Assembly: GCA_918797485.1 (NCBI GenBank) | Contig: CAKKNE010000004.1 | Span: 3,410,001-3,474,000 of the forward strand | Source: Pelagomonas calceolata | Taxonomy: Eukaryota | Length of the DNA stretch: 64,000 nt | Reading direction: 5' to 3' | Part shown: piece by piece, positions 31,359 through 40,721 of the stretch | How the letters are laid out: every line of letters begins with the position of its first letter | How positions within the stretch are numbered: position 1 is the stretch's first letter | Program-made: the position numbers and the translations under genes | Notes under the pieces: model-generated | The model's input: only the letters and a program-made list of their open reading frames with translations | Told to the model about the DNA's origin: nothing | Database searches by the model: none

Positions 31359-32654
31359 ATGCGTGAGGCACCGAGTCCAGCATTGAACACATCAGAGGAG
31401 GAGGACGCCGCAGCCCTGGAGCCAACAGAGGACGCCGCAGCACCACCAACAAAACGCGGCCGCCACCGTGTCCTCGCCTGCGCGACGCTCGCGTCAATCA
31501 TAAATGCCTTCATGTTCATGAACTTTTCGCCTATCGTCGAGCTCAGCCGGAGGCGCTTCCGCGCAACGGAAGGCCAGGTCTCGTGGCTCTACTCGGCGGC
31601 GCTGCTCGCCACGCTGCCCTGCTTCTTCGCCGGGGCGACGCGCATGTCCAACGCGGACACGCAGCGCGGCGCCATTCTCGCCATACATGGGTTGAACGCC
31701 GTCGCGGCGCTGCTGCGGCTCGCCGCCGTCGCCCGGGCGAGCTACGCCGCCGCCGTCGCCTCGTCGCTGGCGCTGGGCGCGGGCACGTCGCTCGTCGTCG
31801 CGTCTTACGCCGCCGTGCCGTTGTTGTGGCTGCCTCCACAGGAGCGCGCGGCCGGCGTCGCCTGGCTCGTGCAGGGCAATTATGCTGGGTGGGCCCTCGG
31901 GGCCGCGGCGACGCCGGCGGTCGTCGTCGACGGCCATTCGTTCGGGCGATTCATGTTCCTCCAGGCGCTTGCGTGCGTCGTGATGGTGCCGGTCGCGCAG
32001 CTCCTCCTGCCCGGGAGCGCGGCGACGCGGGAGCCGTTGCTCGAGGGGCCGCCGGTCGCGCGGGCAACGCTCGGGAAGACACTTACGGACCTGGCGCGGC
32101 GACCGCGCTGGTGCGTGGCGTGCGCCGCGTACGCGGTCGCGGCGGGCGTCGGCTTCGCCGTGCCCGCCGTCGTGGACGACATTCTTGGGGACGTCTGCGG
32201 CGCGGCGCCGCGGCGCGCGGCGCGCGTCGGTGTGGTTTTCATCTTGGCGGGCGTGGCCTGCGGCGCGTTACTCGGTCGGTGCCCGTGCGAGAAACGCCGG
32301 CGGCCGCTGCTCGTCGCGCTGCTCGCTCTCGGCGCCGTCGCGCTGGCCGCTCTTCACGTTGCGACGGCGCGGCCGCCGTGCCGGCCCCTCGACGCCTTCG
32401 GCGGCGCGGCTGTGGCGGGCGCGGCGACGATCGGTTTTGTTGGGCCCGCGCTGGCCGAAGCAGCAGCGAGCGCGGGCCCGGACTCGACGGTCATGGCGGG
32501 AGGTATCGTGGAGTGGTGGATCCAGGTCCTCGGCGCCGTCGTGACGCAGGCCGCGACGCGCCGGAACGGGTTCGCCGTCTGCGCGTGTGCGCAGGCCGTG
32601 GCTGCCGTGTTGCTGGCGGGGACGCTGCTTTGCCGACGGCCTCCTGAGGAGTAG
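31359..32654 (+). CDS. MFS transporter (FLVCR/SLC49-like)
   Basis: About 12 hydrophobic helices; NAFMFMNFSPI, WLPPQER. Confidence 0.75.
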   Translation: MREAPSPALNTSEEEDAAALEPTEDAAAPPTKRGRHRVLACATLASIINAFMFMNFSPIVELSRRRFRATEGQVSWLYSAALLATLPCFFAGATRMSNADTQRGAILAIHGLNAVAALLRLAAVARASYAAAVASSLALGAGTSLVVASYAAVPLLWLPPQERAAGVAWLVQGNYAGWALGAAATPAVVVDGHSFGRFMFLQALACVVMVPVAQLLLPGSAATREPLLEGPPVARATLGKTLTDLARRPRWCVACAAYAVAAGVGFAVPAVVDDILGDVCGAAPRRAARVGVVFILAGVACGALLGRCPCEKRRRPLLVALLALGAVALAALHVATARPPCRPLDAFGGAAVAGAATIGFVGPALAEAAASAGPDSTVMAGGIVEWWIQVLGAVVTQAATRRNGFAVCACAQAVAAVLLAGTLLCRRPPEE

Positions 32655-32988
32655 TGTTTTTTGTTGTCCCCCTACTTAAGTAGCTGTCGCGACTGACTCC
32701 GCAGTCCATTAAAACGGGTTTTACAGCTAATTTTGCAAATTTTGTGCTGAGCGTGCACGCGTAGGCTCGGCGCGCATATCGCGTGACTCTAGATCGCGCC
32801 GCACGACCGGTGATTGCAGGGGAGCGCGACATTACAAGCTCGTGGCCCCTCACCTCTGAATTGCACTGCAAGTACTATCATCCTCAGTGACGACTTCTAG
32901 CGGTCGCACCGGTCCTGCCTGCGTTGCATTTATTCCCAAACTACTTGCCCTAAGCAACAGGGGGACCTATGGTGTTTCAGTTGGCAGC

Positions 32989-33548
32989 ATGAATTCTACG
33001 CTCAATTTTATCGATGGTCATCAAATTAGCTATGCGGTGGCCGGCGCCTGCGCGCTTTTCCTCTTCCTGCTCTTGCTCTTTGAGTTACTACGGACGCGCC
33101 TCTATTGGATTTACGAGCCTCGCGTCCATCGCGACGACTACAAGTCAAAGACGCCGCCCGCGCCAGACAGACGTTCTTCGTGGTCGTACTCCTCACGATC
33201 GTGCTGATCCCCGCCTGCGTCGCCTACTTGTACTTCTGCCGGAATCGGAAGGCAAAGGTCGAGCAGCAACGCGTAGAGCCTGCCCAAATTCGTCGAGCTC
33301 CCTCGCGCGAGGAGCTCGTCGTCGGCGGCGCCGCGCCTCCGCCGCGGCGAAGACAACGACGACAGATCCACGTGCTCAAACTTTGGCTCTACGCCCTCGC
33401 CTTGGTCTTGTTCTTCGGGGGTTGGCTGGCCTGGAAGAACGACTTGAACGGAACGTGGTGCTTCCGCCGCGACTCGCCGTTCTATTGGCTCCAGGGCCAC
33501 GCCGTCTGGCACGTGTTGACGATGGGCGCGCTGGGCTGCATCTACTAA
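32989..33548 (+). pseudogene. Chimeric fragments: CSC1/OSCA-like N-terminus plus out-of-frame ceramidase/CREST-like C-terminus
   Basis: LLLFELLRTRLYWIYEPR..PP in one frame and WLQGHAVWHVLT in another; both far shorter than the family norm. Confidence 0.5.
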
Positions 33549-33602
33549 TTCTTTCGATCAGAGAGACTCGTCGAGTAGCCACTCATAATTTAAAACATGT
33601 AC

Positions 33603-34430
33603 CTAGGAGGCGCCGCCGCCTCCCTTCACAGATGCGACGGCCGCGGCCTCGCGACCCGCTTCGAGCGCATCGTTCTCGCGCGGAAACAGGAGCTCGACGC
33701 TCGCCGGCGTACCGTCGTGGTTATGTAAGGTGAGGGTGCCTTCGGCGATTGCGATGCTCGCGCGCCCGCGCACGAGAAAGTCGAGGCCGATAATCGCCTC
33801 GAACTCGACGTTGGCCGGGAACCGCAGGACGTCGAACGCCGCCCGAAACGGCACACCGCCCACGATCATCTCGCAGTAGTGCACGCGGCCGCAGCCGTCC
33901 GTGGCCCCGCCGAAGCCGCCGACGCGCCGCGTAAACGAGTCGTCGACGAGCTCCCCAAGGCCGCAGCGGTCCGTAGCTTCGACGCCCAGCGCGCTGCGCT
34001 CCGCGCCCGTATCCAGGAGGGCCAAGACTCGGACAGAGTTGATCTCCAACGGCACGAGGCGTAGCGCCTGCGATCTGAGCATGCCGGCGATTAAGCCTTT
34101 CTGTAAGTTCGTCGGAACGTCCGCGGCCCAGTCATGCTGCCGGATGGCCGCCGCCCGGGCCTTGACGGCGGCGTCGTCGCGCGGCGCCGCTTGGGCCGCG
34201 AGCTTATTGCGCGCGCCGACGAGTTGCGTGCGGAACGCGGCGAGCGCCGGGGACGCGTCGCCTCCGCCTGCGGCAGTCATCTTCGAGTGCACAGTCGGCG
34301 CCGCCTCGCGGACCAGCTGCGCGAACGCGGCGGCGTCAAGGTCATCGCCGTTACCAGGTGACGTCTTGAACCGTTCGAAGACCGCGCGCAGCTCGTCGTG
34401 CTCCGCTTGGGTCGAGGCCGCGGCGCCCAT
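33603..34430 (-). CDS. DDI1-like retroviral-type aspartyl protease with myristoylation motif and EF-hand-like N-terminus
   Basis: ALLDTGAERS, CGLGELVD, IIGLDFL; MGAAAS start. Confidence 0.8.
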   Translation of the reverse strand: MGAAASTQAEHDELRAVFERFKTSPGNGDDLDAAAFAQLVREAAPTVHSKMTAAGGGDASPALAAFRTQLVGARNKLAAQAAPRDDAAVKARAAAIRQHDWAADVPTNLQKGLIAGMLRSQALRLVPLEINSVRVLALLDTGAERSALGVEATDRCGLGELVDDSFTRRVGGFGGATDGCGRVHYCEMIVGGVPFRAAFDVLRFPANVEFEAIIGLDFLVRGRASIAIAEGTLTLHNHDGTPASVELLFPRENDALEAGREAAAVASVKGGGGAS

Positions 34431-35090
34431 CTAGACGGCCGTGATGATATCAGTCGCCGCGAGCGGCACTCTCCGTCGACCACCGGCCCGCAGCGCGGCC
34501 GTCGACGCGCTGTGCGCGGCAGACGCGAGGGCCACGTCCGACACGAAGAATGCCGCGACGACCGTTCCCAGGTCGCCGGGCTCCAGAAACGCGAAGGCGC
34601 TCTGCAGCGCCGCGTTGCGCGTCCAGCGACTCGTCCACTTCTTGATGAGGCCGCTGTGCGGCGAGCCGACGACACCGCTATCTCGCAAGAGCAGCAGGTC
34701 CTCGCCGGCGAGCCAATCCACGACCTCGCGGAGCTCGTCGTAGCCGAGAAAGTCGAAGAGCGAGCGCGGTGCGGCAGTCGCGTCGTCGGCAGTCGCGCCG
34801 GCTTGTGTGGCTGCCCCTGTGGTCTCCTCTGGGAGAGTATCAGGTACTGCTGATGCGGGAGCGGCTGCCGCCTCTGTGCTGCTGCTGCGGGTGGTCTCCG
34901 TCGTGCCTTTCGTGGCCGCCCAGCGCAGGCGTGGGTGCGCCGTGCGCGTGGGAGCCACAGCGCCACTCACAGCGCGCTCAGCTAGGCGCGCCCACACAAC
35001 ACAGGCGAGGTCGGAGGCCGGCACCGCCTCTAACTGGCTCGAGAACGGACTCTTGTTTGGACTCATGCGTGGCTGTGATCCCATGTGCAC
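34431..35090 (-). CDS. Hypothetical protein with an F-box-like motif (start uncertain)
   Basis: SLFDFLGYDELREVVDWLAGEDLLLL; its stop codon abuts the next ATG. Confidence 0.35.
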   Translation of the reverse strand: MHMGSQPRMSPNKSPFSSQLEAVPASDLACVVWARLAERAVSGAVAPTRTAHPRLRWAATKGTTETTRSSSTEAAAAPASAVPDTLPEETTGAATQAGATADDATAAPRSLFDFLGYDELREVVDWLAGEDLLLLRDSGVVGSPHSGLIKKWTSRWTRNAALQSAFAFLEPGDLGTVVAAFFVSDVALASAAHSASTAALRAGGRRRVPLAATDIITAV

Positions 35091-35315
35091 GGGTTTTTGC
35101 GAGCGTTTGATGCGCTAAATTGGGGCAATAGCAGCGCACTTCGGCTAAATTCGACACGTTTTGAAGGATTCTGGACCTTTCACTGCGTGATAACTGCTCA
35201 CGAGATCGCCAAGACCCCGCACCACCTGTGGAGCCAAGCTGCTGGCAGTGCCTGTTTGCTGCCAGCTCGCGTTCGCTGCGAAAGGCTGCGCACGACAGAG
35301 GGCTGCCAAGCAGCC

Positions 35316-36119
35316 ATGGCCGGCTGGGACGACACGCCGCCGACAAAGACGGACAAGGACGCCCAGGCGTCGCACTTCGCGTTCAACCAGTTCAGCGCCG
35401 CCTTTGCCACGGACGCACCGATCAGCGCATCCAAATTTGGACGAGAGAAGCGGAGCTTCGACGATTGGAGCGCGCCGCCGGTCTACGCGCTGGACGAGCA
35501 CGCGAGCAACAAGCCTACGTTGTTCGTCGGCAACCTGAGCTGGACGATCACGTCCGAGGCGCTCTTCGCGCGGCTCGGGGGCATCGGCTCCGTCGTCGCC
35601 TGCGAGGTCAAGCGCAACGGCCGGGGCCAGTCCAAGGGCTTCGCGCTGGCGACGTTCCAGTCCGAGGAGGCGGCGCAGCGGGCCATCGCCGAGTTCCACG
35701 GCGCCGTCCTCGAGGGCCGGCGGCTCGTGGTCCGGCCGGACCAGAGCGAGGGCGACCGGCAGCGCGCGGCCCTCGGCCTTCCACGGCCGTCCGCGGTGGC
35801 GCCGTCGGCGCGCATCTTCGTGGGAAATGTACCCTTCGCGACGACGCAAGAGGAGTTCGCGCGCGTCTTCGAGGACGCGGGCGTGGGGGCGCGGCGCGCG
35901 GCGCTCGCCGTCGACGCGTCGGGCCAGTCGCGCGGCTACGGGCTCGTGCGCTTCAAGAACGCCGAGGCCGCGGAAAAGGCGCTGGCCGCGCTGGAGGGCC
36001 TCGAGATCGGCGGCCGGCCCGCGCGGTGCAAAGTTGACGAGCGGCCGGACGACGATGCCGCGCGCGCGGCCGCCGCGGCCGCGGCCGCCAAGGCGCGGCT
36101 CGACGGTAGTCCCTCGTGA
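35316..36119 (+). CDS. Two-RRM RNA-binding protein (Gbp2/hnRNP-M-like)
   Basis: LFVGNLSW..SKGFALATF; IFVGNVPF..SRGYGLVRF. Confidence 0.85.
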   Translation: MAGWDDTPPTKTDKDAQASHFAFNQFSAAFATDAPISASKFGREKRSFDDWSAPPVYALDEHASNKPTLFVGNLSWTITSEALFARLGGIGSVVACEVKRNGRGQSKGFALATFQSEEAAQRAIAEFHGAVLEGRRLVVRPDQSEGDRQRAALGLPRPSAVAPSARIFVGNVPFATTQEEFARVFEDAGVGARRAALAVDASGQSRGYGLVRFKNAEAAEKALAALEGLEIGGRPARCKVDERPDDDAARAAAAAAAAKARLDGSPS

Positions 36120-36154
36120 GGCGGTTTTTTAATTTGTGATGTTGTGATTTTTAC

Positions 36155-37018
36155 TCATGACTCCGTCGCTGGTGTGCGCCTCTCGAAGCGCTCGGCGAGC
36201 TCGTCCGCGTCGCAGATCACGCAGCCCGAGGGCCGCAGCACGGCGAGCTCGACGTCCGTCGCGACGGCGTCGCTCCGGTCCGTCGGCGGCGACGCCTCCG
36301 CGGCCGCGACGGCCGCCGCGTAGGCCGCGTCGGCGCCGTCAGAAACGTCTGCGCAGGCCGCGGCGGCGCGCTCCAGGTCCGCGATGGTCGACCCGTCGGG
36401 CGCGGCGCCCGCCGTCGCGACGCCGCCCACGCCGTAGGCCTCGTAGGCACCCGACGGCTCCGTCCTGAAGAGCCGCGGCTCGCTCGAGCCCTCGTCGAAG
36501 CCGCCGATGAGGAACGCCGCGCCGTAGGGCCGCCCCGCCGCGCGCGCCGTCGCCGCGCGCGCGAGCCGGCCGAGGTGCCGCGCGCACGCCTCGACGGGCG
36601 GCGCCTCGCCCCAAGTGCTGCGGTGCCTCCGGCAGAAGTCGCGCAGGGCCGCGAGGAGCTGCAGCGCGTCCGGCACGAGGCCGCAGGCGACGCACGCGAT
36701 CGTGTCGTCGACGCGGTGCACGCGCTCGCGCCACCGCCTTTCCAGAAACGCGCCGGGCACGGACCGCGCGTGCGCCGACCGCACGGCGGCGAGCGCGACG
36801 CCGTCGGGCGCCACGGCTCCTACTGCAAAACTGCCCCGCGCCACGTTCTTCTCGGCGTACTCCACCTGGTAGACGCGGCCCTCCGGGCTGAACAGGCAGC
36901 CGCGGTCGTAGAGGCGCCGCTGGCGCTCGGACGCCGAGGGTTTGGTTGGGGTGCCGCCGCGGCCGCGCGGCGCGGCCAGCGCGCAGGCGGCCAGTGCGTA
37001 GAGAGGGAGGAGGCGCAT
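36155..37018 (-). CDS. Divergent 20S proteasome alpha-subunit-like protein with signal peptide
   Basis: YDRGCLFSPEGRVYQVEYA, GRPYGAAFLIGG, LFRTEPSG; MRLLPLYALAACALAA leader. Confidence 0.85.
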   Translation of the reverse strand: MRLLPLYALAACALAAPRGRGGTPTKPSASERQRRLYDRGCLFSPEGRVYQVEYAEKNVARGSFAVGAVAPDGVALAAVRSAHARSVPGAFLERRWRERVHRVDDTIACVACGLVPDALQLLAALRDFCRRHRSTWGEAPPVEACARHLGRLARAATARAAGRPYGAAFLIGGFDEGSSEPRLFRTEPSGAYEAYGVGGVATAGAAPDGSTIADLERAAAACADVSDGADAAYAAAVAAAEASPPTDRSDAVATDVELAVLRPSGCVICDADELAERFERRTPATES

Positions 37019-37136
37019 TGCTGTGTGGCGCTCGCGGCAGCTGCGCTCTAGCACTGTGTAAGGCAGGTAAATTAACTCGCCTGCAAGAAACGCTAGTTAT
37101 ACGCTGCTCCTGGAGCTGTCAAAGTGCGGCAGCTTT

Positions 37137-37159
37137 CTAGTATGTTACATCCACGCTAG
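37137..37159 (+). promoter_or_regulatory. CTAG-N15-CTAG upstream motif
   Basis: CTAGTATGTTACATCCACGCTAG in a head-to-head gap. Confidence 0.6.
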
Positions 37160-37432
37160 ATAACTTGCCACCTCGCGCGTGCTAGCCCTGGACGCGGTCT
37201 ACACCCAACAAGGAAGACCAGCAATTATGCACTGTCGTTCCTGAATCATGATCGATGCCTTCCCGTAGCCTTTCCAGCAAGTGACGCCGTTTCGGGCCAC
37301 TAAGCTGACACGCCAGCTATGATCCTCCTACCCGGTTTCGCCCGCTTGGCGTCTTCTGGAACCTCTCAGCCGTCGTCAAAGGGACAAAAGGGGAGCGCTC
37401 GCACTGCCCTCGGACTCGCGTCGCTGCAGCGC

Positions 37433-38053
37433 ATGGCGACCGCGCTCAGCGGCTGGCGTGTGACGCCCACCGACGGCTTCCCGCATCTCGAGAGGCTCCC
37501 ACAGGACTTGGCATGGCACGCTGCGTCATTCTTGACTGCGCGAGAGCTCATGAGATGCGGCGAGGCTTGCCGCGCGCACGCGGCGGTCTGCCTCGAGGCG
37601 AACGAGCCGTGGGACGCGCTGCGGCGGCGACTCGCGCGAGCCGCGGGCGTTTCGCTCACGCGGCGGCCTGACGACGCCAAGACGCCGCCGGCGCGCCTGT
37701 TTTTCGCCGACGCGCGGGCGATGCCGGACCGCGTGGCTGCGAGCGCAGCGGCAGACGCCTGCGTGCTCGTGGTGGACGGCCGCGCTCTGGACGTGACGGC
37801 CTTCCTGGACCAACATCCTGGCGGCGGCGAGCTCCTGACGGAGTTTCGAGGGCGAGATGCGAGCCTAGCTTTTGACGAGGTGGGCCACAGCTTCTTCGCG
37901 CGGGCGATGCTCGACGCGTACGTCGTCTTCGCGCCGGAGCGCTTCGTCGGCGGGCGCCTCCCGCCGCGGCGGCAAAATCGTTCCGCGGGCGACGAAAGGA
38001 GGACGCTCCTGAGGTATGGCTTTGCGCGAAGCCGCATGCGAGGTGATGGGTAA
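37433..38053 (+). CDS. F-box plus cytochrome b5 heme-binding domain protein
   Basis: LERLPQDLAWHAASFLTARELMRCGEACR; DVTAFLDQHPGG..DASLAFDEVGHS. Confidence 0.8.
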   Translation: MATALSGWRVTPTDGFPHLERLPQDLAWHAASFLTARELMRCGEACRAHAAVCLEANEPWDALRRRLARAAGVSLTRRPDDAKTPPARLFFADARAMPDRVAASAAADACVLVVDGRALDVTAFLDQHPGGGELLTEFRGRDASLAFDEVGHSFFARAMLDAYVVFAPERFVGGRLPPRRQNRSAGDERRTLLRYGFARSRMRGDG

Positions 38054-38076
38054 ATTTTCAAGTTTGTAACACAACA

Positions 38077-39615
38077 TTAGGGCGCAACGACCTCCAAATC
38101 CACGACCAGCAGCCGGTGGTCCGACGGCGCGTGGCCCTTGGCACCTTCGACCAGATCGCAGCCCAGCACGGCGGCGGCCCGCGGTCGCAATCCCAGGCCC
38201 CGCGCGAGGACGCGGTCGGGCCGCGCCGCGTCCAAATTCATCGTCTCCGGATTCGGAAAAGTAGCACCAGAATCGAGGGGCCGCGTCCGGGCCCAGGCGT
38301 CGACGAAGGGCGGGCCCTCGAGGACGAGCGGCGCGTCGGCCGCGCACGGCCCCCCGACCAGCCTCAAGATCTCCGGTTCCAGGGTCAGCGCGTCCAGGGG
38401 CCACTCGTAGTCGGGGTACGTGTTGAGGTCCCCCACCAACACCTGGCCCAGGGCCTCCTCGCGGCCCCAGAGCGCGTCGAGCCACGGCCGCAATATCGTC
38501 GAGACGCTGTCGCACTGCTGGCGCCGGTCGTAGGACAGGTGCGCGGCGACGACGCGCAAGTTGCCGAAGGGCGTCTCGGCGAGCACGCCGAGCGCCGTGC
38601 GCGGGTTGCGGTCCGACGACCGCGCCGCCGGCGGCATCGGCGCGAGCGCGTCGTCGTCGCGCGGCAGCGGAAATTTCGAAAGTACGCCGACGCCCTCCTC
38701 GGCCCAGCCCGGTGGCGCCGCGCCGCCCGCGCCGCCGCCCGTGCCCGGCACGTAGCGCGAGTGGGGGAACTCCAAACCTTCGGCGGCGCAGGCCTCGCGC
38801 AGCTCGTCGACCCAGCGCGGCTCGCCGCGCGCCTCCTGCAGCGCGACGACGTCGACGTCCGCGTCCCGGAGCAGCCGCGCGAGCGCCGCGCGCCGCCGCG
38901 GCCACGTGTCGGCCGCGGGCTGCCAGAGGTTCAGCGACGCGACGCGGAGCGTGTGCGGCGTTTTAGGTGCGGGCACGGCGTCGCAGAAATCGTTCGCCCG
39001 GTAGGCGTCGCGGGCGGCGCCGCCCGCGTCGATGGCCGCCTGGCGCGCCGCCTCGTCGCGCGTCGCGTCGACGCGCGCCACGAGCACGTCCATGGCCCGG
39101 CGCCGCGTCGTCCCATCGATCACTTCGCCGCCGGCGGCGAGGCCGTCGACGGCGCCGCGCGCCGCGGCCGCGGCGACGGCGCGCGCGGGCCGCGGCTCCT
39201 CGGCCGGCGGCGGCGGCGGCGCGGCGCGGTTCTTGCGCGCCCGGACGCGCTTTTGGGCTTGGCCGTAGGCCCGCGAGAGCTCCCGGCGCAGCGCCGCCGC
39301 GCTCGCTTCCACGGCGCGCCGCGTTGCGCTCCGGTCGTCGAGCGGGTGCACGTACTGCGGTCCCGCCGTTTTTTTGTCAGCAGCGCCTGTCGTGCCGGTC
39401 CCGCGCGTGGCCTCGTGCGAGCGGGTGACCTCGACCTCGACCAGCGACGGCAGCAGCAGCGCGCGGGCGCCCATAACCAATACCACAATCCCTACGACCG
39501 CCGCCGCGAACCAGAGCTTCCGCGTGCGCGCGTGCAGGTGCTTGGCGTGCTTGTCGTCGTCGTGCCGCAGCGTCGTCGCGCCGCTGTACGCGGGGAGCGG
39601 CTGCCGGCGGTGCAT
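38077..39615 (-). CDS. Type II membrane endonuclease/exonuclease/phosphatase (EEP) family protein
   Basis: SLNLW, ALQE, GDLN, PDRV and SDH motifs; N-terminal TM helix. Confidence 0.85.
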   Translation of the reverse strand: MHRRQPLPAYSGATTLRHDDDKHAKHLHARTRKLWFAAAVVGIVVLVMGARALLLPSLVEVEVTRSHEATRGTGTTGAADKKTAGPQYVHPLDDRSATRRAVEASAAALRRELSRAYGQAQKRVRARKNRAAPPPPPAEEPRPARAVAAAAARGAVDGLAAGGEVIDGTTRRRAMDVLVARVDATRDEAARQAAIDAGGAARDAYRANDFCDAVPAPKTPHTLRVASLNLWQPAADTWPRRRAALARLLRDADVDVVALQEARGEPRWVDELREACAAEGLEFPHSRYVPGTGGGAGGAAPPGWAEEGVGVLSKFPLPRDDDALAPMPPAARSSDRNPRTALGVLAETPFGNLRVVAAHLSYDRRQQCDSVSTILRPWLDALWGREEALGQVLVGDLNTYPDYEWPLDALTLEPEILRLVGGPCAADAPLVLEGPPFVDAWARTRPLDSGATFPNPETMNLDAARPDRVLARGLGLRPRAAAVLGCDLVEGAKGHAPSDHRLLVVDLEVVAP

Positions 39616-39740
39616 GGCTTAGCGCTAGACGACGTGGATTTTTGGCCTCTGGCCAATTGTGGAGATAAAAGTAGACCTTTCCCGGTCGAAAAGTGATGCG
39701 TGCCAGGCTTACAGTGCAAAAACTGCGGTCGCGGCGCTTC

Positions 39741-39762
39741 CTAGTGTCTTACTGGACGCTAG
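39741..39762 (+). promoter_or_regulatory. CTAG-N14-CTAG upstream motif
   Basis: CTAGTGTCTTACTGGACGCTAG, centred between the two divergent ATGs. Confidence 0.7.
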
Positions 39763-39887
39763 CAAGTTTTTATAAATCACGCAAGCGGCGTGCACGCACG
39801 GCCTGACGCCTGCACAGCTCGCCTAGCGAGTGCATTCTTTCTAATTCAGCGCGGGCTCGAGCCCATACAACTCTGCACAGCATAGAG

Positions 39888-40658
39888 ATGAAGTTCCGCC
39901 CCTGCATCGACCTGCACCACGGCAAGGTCAAGCAGATTGTTGGTGGGACGCTGCGAGACGACGAGGGCAGCGCACCCGCCGAGAACTTCGTGAGCGACCT
40001 GAGCGCGCAGCACTACGCGGAGATGTACCGCCGCGACGGGCTGACGGGCGGCCACGTGATCAAGCTCGGCCCGGGCAACGAGGAGGCCGCGCGCGCGGCG
40101 CTCGCGGCCTACCCGGGCGGCCTACAGGTCGGCGGCGGCGTGACGGCGGCGACCGCGGCCGAGTGGCTCGAGCGGGGCGCGTCGCACGTCATCGTGACGT
40201 CGTGGCTCTTCGACGGGCCGGCGCTGTCGCGGAGTCGGCTCGACGAGCTCGTGGCCGTCGCGGGCCGCGAGCGCGTCGTCCTCGACCTGAGCTGCCGGAA
40301 GCGCGACGGCGACTACTTCGTCGTCACGGACCGGTGGCAGACGTTCACGGACCTTAAGGTGGACCGGGCGACGCTCGAGGACCTGGGGAGCTACTGCGCC
40401 GAGTTCCTCGTCCACGGCGTCGACGTCGAGGGCACGCGCGTCGGCATCGACGACGCGCTCGTGACGCTCCTGGGCGACTGCTCGCCCGTGCCCGTGACGT
40501 ACGCCGGCGGCGCGGCGGCGCTGGCCGACCTCGACCGCGTCAAGGCCCTCGGCCGGGGCCGCGTCGACCTGACGATCGGCTCGGCGCTCGACGTGTTCGG
40601 CGGCGACATCCCGTACGCCGACGTCCTCGCCTGGCAGGCGCGCGAGGACGCCTCTTAA
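39888..40658 (+). CDS. HIS6: ProFAR isomerase (histidine biosynthesis, eukaryotic HIS6 type)
   Basis: FRPCIDLHHGKVKQIVGGTL, GGHVIKLG, EFLVHGVDVEG, DLTIGSALD. Confidence 0.96.
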   Translation: MKFRPCIDLHHGKVKQIVGGTLRDDEGSAPAENFVSDLSAQHYAEMYRRDGLTGGHVIKLGPGNEEAARAALAAYPGGLQVGGGVTAATAAEWLERGASHVIVTSWLFDGPALSRSRLDELVAVAGRERVVLDLSCRKRDGDYFVVTDRWQTFTDLKVDRATLEDLGSYCAEFLVHGVDVEGTRVGIDDALVTLLGDCSPVPVTYAGGAAALADLDRVKALGRGRVDLTIGSALDVFGGDIPYADVLAWQAREDAS

Positions 40659-40721
40659 TTATTAACAGCTCACTAGTCTGGGGCTATCTCGCGCCGAAAT
40701 GCAGCCTTGCAGTTCCCTTTG

